In this document: positions 38,692 through 52,446 of the stretch, one piece after another
How positions within the stretch are numbered: position 1 is the stretch's first letter
Layout: each line of letters begins with the position of its first letter
Source: Blasia pusilla
Taxonomy: Eukaryota
Length of the DNA stretch: 64,000 nt
Assembly (NCBI GenBank): GCA_050084515.1
Contig: CM114271.1
Location: forward strand, 30,628,001 to 30,692,000
Direction: 5' to 3'
Notes under the pieces: generated by a model
What the model saw: the letters and a program-made list of their open reading frames with translations, nothing else
Told to the model about the DNA's origin: nothing
The model's database searches: none
Translations under genes and position numbers: made by a program

Positions 38692-40049
38692 ACCCAAACG
38701 TCCGAAAAACATAAAATGTGTTCATCCATGCGATCAGTAGGTCCATTCCATTCTATAGCAGCGTCGTGATTCAGTTGTCCCGCGATACCAGCTCCTCACA
38801 CGTAGGAGCAGGTAATTCCCACGCTCATATTTCTTTCCCATATTTAACCTCCACATGGTGCTATGTGCATATGAGAAAAGTAGAATATCACAAACGAAAA
38901 TTTTTCTTGCTAAACTTATGAAGTTATAGAAGTTGTAGAACTTTAGCTCTATGTGAAAGGGCATCTCGTGAGATTGTACTATTTAGACATTCCGGACTCT
39001 AATTCAAAGTATTATTGCTTTGTGGGATTGATTGATTAGTTTCCCCACTTTCTATTCATTATTTGTACTATTCATTTCATTTCTCTTTCGAACACATTCC
39101 CATACTTAGAAATTAGGTCTTCGTCCAGCTCCATTGGGAGTCCATTTTTGCCACTTTTTGGATACATGGTGACTTCTAGTTTATGAATACATTTCATGCG
39201 ACTCCATTGCGATTCCATTGAGGCTCCGCGCAACTTTGCATGTCGTCATTCATTTGCAAGTCTGGATCACGGTTCTGCTATCGCCACTAAGACAACTCAC
39301 ATTGAGCTCATAACTAACTTGCAAATAGCGGCTTCTTTAACTTTCACTTTGTGACTACTGAGGCTTCTATTGGTGTAGCAATGCGGCATGAGACTCGTTT
39401 TACAAGTCATTTATGAGTCTTGAATCTCACTACAAGTCAGTTGTAAGACTCGGAACTCAAACCTCGATGGTAAATTCCCCTTTCGTCTCCAAATTGTTCC
39501 ATTTTGGTTTTTCCTCCTAGTAACTTTTTATGACTCCTTGCCTCACTTTGCAACTAGATCATTGTCATAATGGAGGTAAGTTTTGAGATTATTTTGGCTA
39601 GAGAATTTCTTGGGGGAATGTTTTTGAAGGAACATCTAGATGATAGGAGGTCATAGTATTAAAGATTTTTTTCCCAAAATTATTCAATAAGAACTGAAGG
39701 AAGAAAAAAAAAAGTCTTCCCAATTTTCTCAAAAAGAAATTGGAAGAAGTTAAATCCCCCTTGAGAAAGTGTTTTATAGACCTAAAAATAAGGCCAAATA
39801 AAATGAAAAAGGAGTAGAAAACAATTACTTTGTGAGTTGTTTGCAAGTCCTTGGCTAGTCCAAAACCACTACTTTTCAAGTACAAAAGAAATTATGTGGA
39901 TTTTCTATTTCTTTATTTTTTTATTATTATGACTCAATTTTTGTGACTTGTTTGCAAGTACAGATACTCAAAATTACCAGTAAAAAACTTGCAAAAGTGC
40001 ATAAATGGTTTTATTCATTTACAATTGTTGGACTCACAAAAATCTTCTC

Positions 40050-42230
40050 TATGTGAAGAAGAAGCATGGGAATTTGAGATTGTATATTGATTATCGTACA
40101 TTGAACAATGTGACAGTGAGGAATAATTACCCTATTCTGAGGATCGATGCTCTCTTTGATAGAGTGGCAAGGGCTAAGTATTTTAGTAGGATTGCCTTGA
40201 AGTCAAGATATTACCAGATTCAGATATCAGTAGAAGTTGAATGGAGAAGATTGCGTGTAGGACAAGATATGTTTCTTTTGAGTCTGTAATGATGCCCTTT
40301 GGTTCGTGTAATGCACTTTTGACGTTAACATTTATCATGTTGATGAACTCCATAGTTTGTAACGAGATAGATGCATATGTTATCATCTTTAATGATGGCA
40401 TATTGATCTATTCAAAGTCATTGGAGGAGCATGCTTGACATTTTAGGATGGTTTTGTCAAAACTTAGGATGAACAAGTTGTACGCAAATGTAGGAAAGGA
40501 GAAAAATCGGGATGGGCAAAATCAAGTTCTTGGGTCACGTGGTTAGCGCAAAGGGAGTTAGTCTAGGTATGGATAAAGTGAAAGCAATTTCTGAGAGGAA
40601 ACCATGTTCAACACTGAAGGGGATGAGGAGGTTCATCAGTGCAGTTTAGTTTTATCGGCCTTATATGAGAAACTTTTCAGTAATAACGAGAGGTCTTATA
40701 GATTGGACCGAAAATTTTGCTAACACGACATGGACCAAAGAAGTGAATGAGGCATTCAACTCAGTCAAGAAGCTCTTATCGCACGAGCGAGTGCTAAAAC
40801 TTCTGGAGTCTGACAAACCGTTCGAGGTACACACAGATGTTAGTGATTATGTGATTGCACGAATGTTGGTGCAAGGAAGACTTATAGCGTACGAGAGCAA
40901 GAAGCTTTGCGATAACTAATGCGAATAGCTTACTCATGAGAAGGAGTGGTGCATTTCTTGAGAAAGTGGCGTCATTATTTGGGACTTCACCGGACTTGAG
41001 TATTCACCGATAATATATCACTCAAGTATTTTGAGGCACAGGATTGAGTGACACCAAAGCAAATACATGGCATGATATATGAACATTTATTAATATGAAG
41101 TTGGTCCAAAATCCAGGGAAGAATAATGTCATTCGTGATGCGTTGAGTTGCACGGATGAATACATGCCATCGACAATACAAGTGTTGAGAGCAATGTTCC
41201 CTTAGGAAATAGATCTGCAGAGAGGGATCTGTGAAGGATATATGAAGGATACCCAAGCATTAGAGTACCTAATGAAGTTGAGGCTGGGAGAGAAGTTGGC
41301 TTACATAAGTTTGAGACATGAATTACTAATGTTTAAGTAGAGCAGGATCTATGTTGGTGACGGTAAGCTGTGGACGAAGGTGTTGATAGAGTGTCATGAT
41401 GGATCCTTGTTAGGACATAAGAAGAGACTTGACTAGGAGAGAAGTCTTGACTAAGAGGTTCTTCTAGCCCAACGTGAAGGAGTATGTTGCTCAGTTTGTG
41501 AAGACCAATGTGACATGCCAAGCAAATAGAGTTTCTTATGAGAAGAAATAAGGCTTACTTCACCCATTGAAGGACCCTTGTAAGGCATAAGAATGGATTT
41601 TATTACGAGTCTTCCAAAGTACGAGGAACACAATGCTTTACTTGTGATAGTTGACCGGTTCAATATGTTGTGGAGGTTTGTCTTGACGATGGCTTCTATG
41701 ACGGCCTGTGCAACTTCCCAACTCATCTTGGATAGCTAGTGGCGAGCACATGGGTTACCAAGGAGTATTTTTTAGATAGAGATCCAAAGTTTATCAGTGT
41801 CTTTTGGAAGCATCTATTTAGAAGATTGAGGATGAAGCTGAGTTTTAGTATCGTATTTCATCCTCAAATAGAGGGGAAAACTGAGAGAGTAAACTCGATC
41901 CTGAATCAATACTTAAGGAATTATGTAAGTGCAAACCAACGACATTGGGTAAGGTGGCTAAGTATGGTTGAGTATAGTTACAACTCAATCATACATTTTG
42001 CAACTAGAGAATCTCTGTTTCTTTTGGCGTATGGATGTGTGCCATTAGGGCCTCTTGAACAGGCCCTTTCAAAGGGAACTACATCGACACAGATCCGATA
42101 AGTAACAACAAAAGGTTTGTTAGCGGAGATGCAAGAACGTGAGAAGCGAACATAAGAGAGTCTATAAAAGGCTTGGCTAAGGTACGTTAAGAAGGCTAAT
42201 GAGAGTTGACGACAAGTAAGTTTCCAAGTA
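40050..42230 (+). mobile_element. Decayed Ty3/Gypsy pol (RT-RH-INT)
   Basis: KKKHGNLRLYIDYRTLN...NYPILRIDALFD, KPFEVHTDVSDY, DRDPKFISVFW...FHPQIEGKTERVN. Confidence 0.88.
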
Positions 42231-42759
42231 GGGGCTAACACTTGGGCTTGCCTTAGCGCCAACAAGGCACATCACTCTATCTTAGGGCTTGGGTTGATCT
42301 CACTTGTGATAGCATGAGTGAACCTAGTGACGCCTAAGTCAAATATGAGAGAAAACCAAAATAGTATATCTTGTGGACCTTGTAAACATGTGGGTTGTTT
42401 ACGTGTTGTAAGCAAGTGAAGTCTTAGGAAGAAGACTTAGTCAGCTTATTTGATATGTTAGGTTAGTTTGAAGGAATAGATCTAGGCTTATCAAAGAGGA
42501 GAAGCTAAATATTTCTAAGTGGTGCATGCAAAAACCTAAGACTTAAGCCAAAAGGGGAATTGCATGTTAGCTACCATAACTAAATTTGATGTCAAGGGGG
42601 CTTCCCAAAGAAACCTTAAAATTAAAAGGTTTACCTTGATAAGGATATCAACCTCTAAAGACGGGTGAATGTCACAACCCTCATAACCAAACATGTGCCG
42701 ATGTGAAACATCAAGACTCATGTAGGCTCAAAATAGGATAGATGCACATCAGAGAAGTT

Positions 42760-43195
42760 TCTTGAAGGAGACATGAGATATGAGACGCAAGTAAGGTTGA
42801 GTATTTCATGTATTTATGGTCTTGAAGAAGACATGAGATATGAGACGCAAGTAAGGTGAGTGTTTAATGTGTTAATGGTCTTGTCACGTCTATTAGGATA
42901 GATCAATGAGATCTAGTGGAGCGCCTTCAGAGATACTAGAGAATAGCATGAGGACGTTGAGGATGACCTGCAGAGACCACGAGTAACTTGAAAGAGCAGG
43001 TTTTCCCTTCATTTCAGCTCATTTGGAGCCATATAGAGAAACTTACTATTTGGGGTAAGTTTCCATTTAGAGTATAGTTGAATTTCCACTTTGGAAAATG
43101 ATCCTTGATCCGCTACAGGAGGCCAAGAGCCAAGGAGGTGACCTGTGAGCATAGGTTACCGTAGAGAGGGCTTGAGAGAGGGAAGGGAGTATACC

Positions 43196-43227
<32 letters not shown>

Positions 43228-43615
43228 CTCATTCTTTCTTTGTTGAACCTCTTGGCATGAGGTGGCGGAGCTATGGTCCTCCTTGCCTTGGGTGTGTAAT
43301 CTCTCTCATGTCAAACCAAACCTCTCATTAGGAGAGTGCGTTTGGTTTGACATAAGAGAGAGTGCACACCATGAAGAGCTAAATGTGAGATGTTGATGTG
43401 AGATTTGATCGATTTACAAAGAGAGAATGAGAGATATTGGTACTTCTCGTCTCGTTGTTTGGATGCCATGAGTTAGCATGGGATCGTGCATGTTTGTGTG
43501 TATGTTCGGTGACAGCAATGTATGTTTTGTAACGATGTGTATGCGCATGACAGTCTTAAAGGAGACATGAGATATGAGACGCGAGTAAGGTTGAGTGTTT
43601 AATGTGTTAATAGTC
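42760..43615 (+). repeat. Three about 60-bp tandem repeats; the third is interrupted by the 42882-43552 insertion
   Basis: Unit TCTTGAAGGAGACATGAGATATGAGACGCAAGTAAGGTTGAGT... Confidence 0.85.
42882..43552 (+). mobile_element. Solo terminal-repeat unit (671 bp) with the same termini as element 1
   Basis: Starts TGTCAC and ends CAGCAATGTATGTTTTGTAACGATGTGTATGCGCATGACA, homologous to the block A end. 4-bp TSD GTCT (42878-42881, 43553-43556). Confidence 0.85.
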
Positions 43616-44699
43616 GTGACTCAGGTGACTTGGACCAAGCGCAAACCAAGACTTGGGACTAGTCAAGTGCAAGAAGAGTGGGTTGCTAAAGAGGATGAGA
43701 ACCCAAATTGGACCTTGACTAGTGTTTGGGGTTTTACTGTATGGCGTTGGAAAGCTTATGCAAAGCCGATTCCAACACACTAGAGATCTAGACAAATGCA
43801 TAAGCAAAGATTGAGAAATCGTCCGAAAATGTAGGAAGGATTGTTGGGCTAAGGACCAAAAGGAGCAGCGTAAAAGTACTTTCCCAAAGGTAGGGGGAGG
43901 TCAAAGAACCCTAGCAGTATATATAAGGGAGAGGGTCTGCAAGGGTGCTTGGTACCCACTTTGGAGAGCCATGGGGAAAACCAAGGGAACGGAATAGATC
44001 GAGAGGTTGGCATTTGGGTGCGATCCCCAAGGCAAGTCCAAAGGAATGAATTTTAGAGGTATCCCTTGGATTCCAACCTACGACTCAATTCTTGGCTCTC
44101 GATTAGTGACTCATATGAGGTCCATTGGATAGTTTGGAGCACTTGGCATGCGAGCACCGTTTAACTTATTTAATATGCCTAGACTATCTGGAGAGTGTGT
44201 CCCAAGTCTTGGGAGACTTGCTAGTGTTGGGAAGTGAGGAATTAGGACCTCTAGAGCTTGATGAATGGCGAGAGTTGAGAACTCGGGGAATTGGAAACTT
44301 TGTTGGCTCAAACCAAGACCAATGAGAGTGTCTTTGGGTGTAGATCAGCAAAGTGAGCTTGATCTATTGAACATACACTTCCGAATCACGTGAGATTGAC
44401 ACGCAAGAGGAGTAGACGTACGATATGCATGGTGTTAATCGCCAAGCATTGGGCACCTAAAAGTGGGTGTCATAATTGGAGTTCAGAAAAATTTTGCTCC
44501 AATTTTGTTAGGTGTTGAAACTTGGAGAGTCTATCCCATTTTATATATGTAGATGAGAAAAATTCTCTCATAAGAAGGGATTACCACACTATTCTCAAAT
44601 ACATGAGCAAAAGTATTGATTCATTACAAGAAAGAAGGATGATAAGCTTATGGTGAGAAGACCAACCCAACGTCTTCAAGATTATCATTTATTTCTTAA

Positions 44700-46240
44700 A
44701 GGAGGGCCAAAGAATATTGAAGAGACAAGCTCAATGGTTGAAGCATTAGTATGTATCAAGAGCAATCAATGAAGGAAGAAATTGATGAGGAGCTTTTTCA
44801 ATGAAGAGGAATAAAACTTGGATTATTGTTACATTACCTCTAAGAAGAAAGCATTTGGGATATATTTGGATCCTAAAAAAAAAGGGAAACGAAATGGGAT
44901 TATTTCTAGGTAGGAAGCAAGATTAGTTGCTAAAAATGGACTATACCAAAACATTTTCATCTATCATTAAAATTCCTTGAATGTGGGTAATATTGATTGT
45001 GGTGGCTCAACAAAATTCAGAGATACACCAAGTTAAAATTGATGTAAAGGAAAATTTAATTTCCTTAACGGAATGCTTAATAAGGATACTAACATGAAAA
45101 TTCTTGAGGGATTAAAAAAAGAAGGATAAGAAAAATCCGGGTTGTCTTCTCAAGAAGTCAATTTATGGTTTAAAGCAATCTTTGAGGGTGTGATATCAAA
45201 AAACCAATTCATTTGTATTCCAAAAAGGCTACTTAATTAAAATCATCTATTGATTCAAATGTTTATATGGTAACCCTCAACCACCAAGGATTTGTGGCCT
45301 TACCTTTATATGTTGATGATACTACTATATATGTTTAATAATAAAGCTTTTCAATTCTATGAAAGTCTTAAGAGAAAAGTTGGAGAAGAGGATTATGAAA
45401 GAAGTTCATCAATTTCTTAGGATGGAAATCAAAGGAAATTGCGTAGAATGGACGAAAACTTCTCAACAAAGATACTATTACAAAAACTCAAGTGAATGGG
45501 TACATCTTTCGAACTGCGAACCAAATTATGGTAAAATATTGTGGCACCATACTAGAGGAGAAGAGCATGATACAAAGAGATTGACAATAAAATACGGTTG
45601 GAAGTTTAATGTGGGCACTGGCAAGGGCTCGGCGCGAGTTGAGGGCAGGCGGTGAGCCTGCACAATGGGGGCCAAGCCTGCCCTACATGCCGCACAAGAG
45701 GTGCGGGCTTTATCCACCCGGGTCTACGCGGCGGGCTTGGGTGCGGGTCGGGGTTACCGTGGCCCGCGCAGATATGTCTGTCAATAAGACGGACATAAGT
45801 CCGCGGACGCACACTTTGTCCGTGTGCAACCTTGGTGGAGGAGCAATAAGTTGGGCAAGCAAGAAACAAAAGTCTATTGCCTTATCTACATACAAAATTG
45901 AATATATGGTTTTAAGCAAAGGAACATTTGAAGCCATTTGATTGATGAGACTGCTTATAGATTTGGAATAAATGAAAAAAAGCATGAATATTATAAGTGA
46001 TAATCAAAATGTATTGGCTTTGGTGGAAACAACAAAGCATCAGGATTACAACAAACATATCGATAATCAATATCATTATATAAGTAAATGGGTCAAAAGG
46101 AGATAATTGTAACTACAAATAATAAGATACAAACCTTAGACTATAATTGTGATACAAGTTATATGATATAGGATATATTAACTAAGAGTTTTAGTAAAGA
46201 AAAAAATAAAATTCAAGTAATAAATTAGGATTGAGTTATA
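44700..46240 (+). mobile_element. Decayed Ty1/Copia RT-RNase H
   Basis: ARLVAK, LLKKSIYGLKQS, LYVDD, GGAISWASKKQKSIALST, SDNQ...KHID. Confidence 0.88.
45592..45834. mobile_element. MITE fragment of the same family as 27493-27933
   Basis: GC-rich insert in the Copia relic ending CCGTGTGCAACCTTG, the reverse complement of CAAGGTTGCACACGG. Left boundary approximate. Confidence 0.65.
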
Positions 46241-48246
46241 TGAAATAACTTAATATTAGAACGAGGAAGATAATCTATTGTTATAGAAATCATTTCACAT
46301 GGTGGAAAAGAAACAGGAGAGATGCTCCAGGAGATTTTATTCCTCCCTAACATCTGTCACCAAGGACGTTTCCCTTGCACACATAGACAGAACTTAATCA
46401 AAGTGTGATTTTTGAGTCCAAATCTGGACACTCGGACAACTTTTACGGAATAAACAGCGATCCCGACAGCCAAGAGTCACCCTTTGCTCCGGTATACCTT
46501 TCTCACGGTCGAAACTGAGCTTAGGTAGATGGTGCATAGTCTGTTGACTGACACCAAGGAGTTCCAAACTGGCCGACGGTCCATTGAACGTCAAAGCGAT
46601 GCCGTTTAGGGCTTTAGGGTTTAGGGTCGAATTATGAGTACACCCCTCCTCTTCATTCGCTCTTCACCATATGTATACACACTTAATTTTGGTGCAAGTG
46701 AAAACTTTGACATAATGATGCGGAGTTATTGGACACACCTGAATCTTTAAATATTAAAATATAACCAGTGTGCGGCCAGTGAGAGGGGGTTACTACGAGA
46801 AACTACGAGAAAAAAAACGACCCTTATGCGTAGAGGCCGTAACAAGAGATAGGTCTTTTTAATAACACGTTGAATCTGGTTGTTAAGTGAATGCTATAGT
46901 TTTATTATTTTTAAAAAGTTAGTTATTTTGTTTTGATACCATCTTTCAATAGATAAAAGAAAATAATTCATTTGATCAAATTTTTAAATCTAAAATAGAG
47001 ATAAAAATTTTCTCCCAATCGAACTTGAAAATGAAATAATAAGAAAAATTATTATTTTGAGAATAATTCTTGTCTCACATTTTTTTATTATGTCTTTTAG
47101 ATTTTTTTTCCCAAGTTGTGAATTAAATTTCCCTCCAAACTAAAATTGAAAATTAATTTTTATACAAATTTTCTTACATGTACCTTGAAAAAATCCGTTT
47201 AAATTTTCACTAGGATCAGTAAAATTGAGAACACAGAAATTTTTAATTGGGATTTTTCAATTATTAATTTTTTTAAAATGAATTGAAACGTTCTTTCATT
47301 CTACTCTTGTGGTTAGTACAAGGTGAAATTAAAAAAAAGACCAATCGCATTCATTCATCTGAAATTTCACAATGGTCACTTTTGAAGATGTTTTAGGTCC
47401 CTTATTATTTTGATATATAAATTATAGGACTAAATTCCCACTGTCTAAATTCCTGATTAGTCGTGCAGGGTAAACTAACTCAACCTCGGGTTAGAAAACC
47501 GAGGATGAAAAGGAGCGAGGGACATTTTTGCCTCGCGAGCCGATCAGCCGACTCTCAAAGTAGAATGACGAATCGTTTTAGTGACATCTGTGGGAATGAG
47601 AAGCACGGGCGTCCAAAGCTGGCTGTCGGGAGATTCTGCAATCCATTTCATGTGTTTCTGTATACTCGGTTAGGTAAACTAGATATCGGTGTGCCTTTAG
47701 ATTCGGAGACTGATAAGAAGAATCGTACAAGAAGGAAAACTTTGCCGAATCGGGCCTGCTCCTCGACGTACCCGGTCTCTTCAAGGAATCTCGTATGAAG
47801 CAAAAATTCCAAGTCTAAAGCCAAGAGAGCAGCTATCTATTAACGGCCGAGCAAGTCGAGGTATTCCTACAGAGAGTTACGCGTTTGTCAAGATCTATGT
47901 ATCTGACAGTGTGTATGTACATGACAAGGCCTTATTTGCAACAACATCGAGGAAAGCAGGTCACTTTGACCCATCTGTTACAGACTCTCCCGTTGGTGAG
48001 AAAGATTAGATCGCGCTTGGTTGTGACCGGCTTCGGTGACACGGGAGCAGCTGGGATGCACCGAAATTGGCGCCAGTGGGTGCTGACCATCGACATCAGG
48101 GAGGAGTGTCTCGACAGAGACACAACCGGCGGCCAAGTTCCGGATCTGGGAACACTCTTCGCAGAACCTCTGCCCTCCTCATCGAATGCCTAAGTACTCT
48201 CATAGTTAGAAAGCTAGTGTTGACTTCACATCATCGATGAATCCGG

Positions 48247-50066
48247 TTAGTGCCAGCTAGCGGTTCTTCTTGACCTTACGCGGTCGGTCCTTTCTGCAAC
48301 CTTCATTTTGCTCATTCTCTTCTGTACCTGTTCCAATTGAATCTGCCTAAGCTTGTCCGAGACCTCGCTGATATTGGGTCGGTTAGTCGGCTCCGAGCTA
48401 CAGCACTTGAGTGCGAGCTCTACCACCTCCCGGATCACATCCTTCAGGCATTCTTTACAGGGAAGTTTCGACGAATCGCTGCAGGGGCACCAGATGTAGG
48501 AGTCGACCGTCTCCTCCCAAAGCCCGAGCACCGACATCTCACTGACAAGATCTGGAAGAAATGTCTTCGATCGGCTCGGTTCCCCTGCTCTCAAGCCCGT
48601 CACGAGCTCCATGAGCACCACTCCAAAGCTGTATACATCCGCTGTATCTGTCAACTTGCCAGTTCTCTCGTAGTGAGGATCCGTATACCCGCGAGATCCT
48701 TTCACCTTGGTATGGCAGTAGCTCCGCTGTTTCTCGTGAGACACGGCTGCAGCAATACCGAAATCTGCAAGCTTGGCTCTCCGGCTCATGTCCAGAAGAA
48801 TGTTGGTGGATTTCACATCGCGGTGGTAGATGGCAATTTTGCTGTTGTAGTGTAGCGCCGTGATGGCGTCGGCGACATCGATAGCAATAGTCAATCGCTC
48901 GTCCCACGCCAATCGTTCCGAGAATTTTCCATGTAAGTGCTGTTCCAAGTTCCCGTTCGGAACGTACTCGTAGACGAGAAGGGGATCTTGTTCATAGCAC
49001 GAGAAACCGATCAGCTTCACCAAGTGGTCGGATTTTGGGAGACTGCGCTGGAGAAATACTTCGTACAAGATTTCCTCAAGTGAGTGTCCCTTCACTGCTT
49101 TGTACCTCTTCACAGCCACTCGCTGGTCATCGAAGAGGAAGCTTTGAAATACTTGTGCCACCTTCCCGCTTCCCACCAGTTTGAGCTCCGAGAAGAAATT
49201 TGTAGCGCTTCTCAGCTCCCTGTATGAGAACCAACTGCATTGAATAGTTGCCGCCCTTCGCCAGTACCACTGTGCAAACCGAACAGCTGTAGGACCACAC
49301 GAAAAAATCTTAGACTGTATTCCGTTCTGAGACTCCGGTTACAGTCGTGACAACCGTTTCTGCAACATGACTTCCGAGCTTAACTATGGAGCGGGCAACT
49401 TCGATAGCTGGTAAATTTTCTGATCTTAGTTGACCTCAATCCGGATGGTGTCCACATGAACAAAGGAAGATGACTGTGCAACCATACTCGAGAACCTAAT
49501 AGCTCTGAACAGCGAGAAAGTTGGATCTACAGTCCTAATGGATAATGAATGATTCCTCTTCTCCGCAAAGGCTACAGCGACACAAGACTATACTGGATAT
49601 AATTGTTTAGTCGAAGCTGACGAACCGTGTACTCATTCCCTGGAATAGCTAAATGAAGCGATCACTTTCGAATGATCAAGTAGACATTACCTTTCTTCTT
49701 CTCCAACAGTGTTGAAAATCTGACGAAGGGAGGCGCGCAAGTCAAGATAGAAGACTGACCTCCTTCCAGATTGAAGTATTCGAAGAAGAACTGAATGAAG
49801 TCACTCCAAGTTGCCACCTGAAGGGGGCACGCAACCGCATATTTGATATGCGTCGACGCCAAAAGGAGAGTGTGGTCAGCTGACAGTCCCTGCTGTATGG
49901 CCCAATGACTAAAAAGATTGAGCCAGAGTTCGGCCTTGCTCGGGCTCTCATCGCCGGAGAACGGAGGCACGATGATGTCACCAGCCTTGGCGCGTGGAAT
50001 GAGTGTGTCCAAGCACATAAAATTGAACTCGCTCCGAAATTCCTCGCTCAGTGCATAATGTACCAT
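48247..50066 (-). CDS. RLK/Pelle-family Ser/Thr kinase with gag-like N-terminal exon (about 471 aa; exons 50066-49691 and 49286-48247)
   Basis: Kinase motifs FSYRELRSAT, GSGKVAQV, VAVK, LLVYEYVPNG, HRDVKSTN, DFG, DVYSFGVVLMEL. Donor AAG|GTAATG and acceptor CTACAG|CT are both phase 1 and join in frame. Further upstream exons cannot be excluded. Confidence 0.8.
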
Positions 50067-52446
50067 CGTTAGACCTCTAGTTTCACTTGGCGTCTTCAGA
50101 CACACGGGATGCACGGCAAGAGGAAGGAATGGGCGAGAAAATATTCACTTGAGGCAGTAATCTCGCGAACTGTGGCACAGAAATGCCGATAATGCTTCTC
50201 GAATCAAGTTCGTGCTTGAGGCATGAATCAGAGAGTTGAGGGAATCTACGAGCGGGCACGAATGCGAGAGGAACTCCAAATGAATTTGAAGAAGCGTTGC
50301 TGAAACGAAGTATACAGCCGAGGAGCTTGAAACAGGTAAGGGCACGGGCTCCAGAAGCTGCCTAGGGAAGAGTAGCAAGACGAGGTCTGTAGGAACTCAA
50401 GCTCGGCAGGTTTTAAGGACATCCGGAAAAGAGCATAGAAGTCACCGGGAGGAGAATGCGCGGTGAAATCGACCGATTCGATCATATTCCTTCATACTAT
50501 TTCTACCCTAACGAATGCATACGGATACCGTACAAAGTGTCCCTTCCTCAACTTGTTCCATAGCCACCGACCCAGCTCGCCTCCTTTAAGGTTTCCGATG
50601 TCCTATTTTTAGACACATTTTAGTGATCTCACATGGCTGAGAATCAGGACATAACTATTAGCAATATGACAGGCTACAATCTCAAACCATTTTAAAGAAC
50701 AAGAGGCCAAACATGGAACTCGAAGTGATCATTGAATGTATAAAAGGGAAGCGCTCGCATTAAGGTGAGGAATCTCTTTCTCCTTCCATCTCATAGACAA
50801 AATTACACTTCCAGTCTGTAGGGGGATTGAAGTTTGTCGGTTCTGCAGGACTGGAAACATGGGTCATTATCCGCTGCGAGACTCCACACATCTTATCTAA
50901 GTTCCAACCTTTCGAGTGACGAATTGTTTATCAACAGGAGTCCAGAAATGGATACTTGCTCGGAACCGGAATAACTATTCCGGAGTCGAGGCTTGCTTGG
51001 TAAGTGCGTGCAGAAGGTTGGGGATTTCAGAGTCGATAGTTCAAGGATCTCTGTTGATTTAGTGAGGAGTTTCATCGAAAATCTGGTAAGAGTTTCAAGT
51101 GAACGTAAAACCCCAATTGTGGAAATCATGCGGCAACTCTTTGGTGTCCTCAGGTGAAATTATGTTACGGGTTTCCTACTAGCTTTCCCACAGCGTGTGT
51201 CCGGGTTGATCCCCCCGCGCCTCCCACCTCCCACCTCCCACCTCCCCCAACCCCTCACCGCCCTATTAAAAGCACCTGCAGTGCCTGGCAACATGGGTTC
51301 TGGCGATTTGCCTGGCGGTTCTCACTCTCTCTCCACCTGAGACGATCAACGAGATTATGATATCTTCGTGCGCTTGGATTGGACGAGTGAATGAATCAGG
51401 AGCTCCCGCAGCCCGCAGTATCAAGATTCGGGACACAATTAGTCGGCACCTGCGGAGGTACTTTTAAAGTTATTGGAAGGGGATGGGTGCTGTATCTGTA
51501 ACCATCAATTGAATTGTTTGGACTATCGTCGCATCGTTTAGAGAGATCCCAATCCATAACGACTTATCTCCGCCTAATATCCTCATTAGTCTCGATTTCC
51601 GGGAACTTTCGTTACCGATAGCCCATTTTTTTGTCTCCTTTGACCTTGATCGAAAACTGTTGAGCTCATCATTTCGTTGCCCTACTTAGTCCAAGGTTCA
51701 TGATATGGCGTTAACGAGGGACACTGCCAGCAGATCGCAATCCGCCCTCAGAACAATCAGAACCCAATCGTTCGAAGCATGTGGACATGTGGCATTATTA
51801 GAATGGTGGACAAGCTTAATTTGGATCCATACTCATTGTCCAGGTAACGAGTTCGGTGGACTTTCAGTACGCTACATTGAATTTGCACTCTTTGGCCTAG
51901 AGGCCTGCTCTTCAACGAAGAGAGCATGTACCCGGAGTCCCCTGCAATACGAGAAAGTTTCTCTATTTGGGGTCCACGGCACATAGGACTTCCCAGATGG
52001 GTCTTTGCCAGAAGATAGACTCCGTAGAAAGGGGACGCTCACATGGATGATGGACTTTCTACTAGGCTGGAATCGTTATGTATTTAGTAGCCTTTCCATG
52101 TGGGGGCACATGTAACACACACACACATTAGAAAATGTTTTACCCGTCCGCTCTCGGACCTTACGTGTGTAGTGTGCTCCACCTTGCTATGTGTAGTTCC
52201 TATGTGCATAAGAAGGTGATAGGAGAATAGAAAGCATGAATAAAAAGGGGAAACCCATTGGAGAGTACAAAAGAGGGGGACTTAAAGAGTGGAGTCGGCG
52301 AGGGCCACAACTGGCCCGGAAAAAGAAAAGGGGGACAACCTCCTATTGCCTGAGCTCACAACATCTGCAATACTTAGAAAGACATGACCACCACTAAGTG
52401 GGCCTCTAGTGTCGACGTCTCCCACAGCCTGAGCCCGCCGTGAAAG

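Noticed and set aside
42760-43615. CRISPR-like repeats
   Set aside because: These are contiguous tandem units without unique spacers, in a eukaryotic context with no cas genes.
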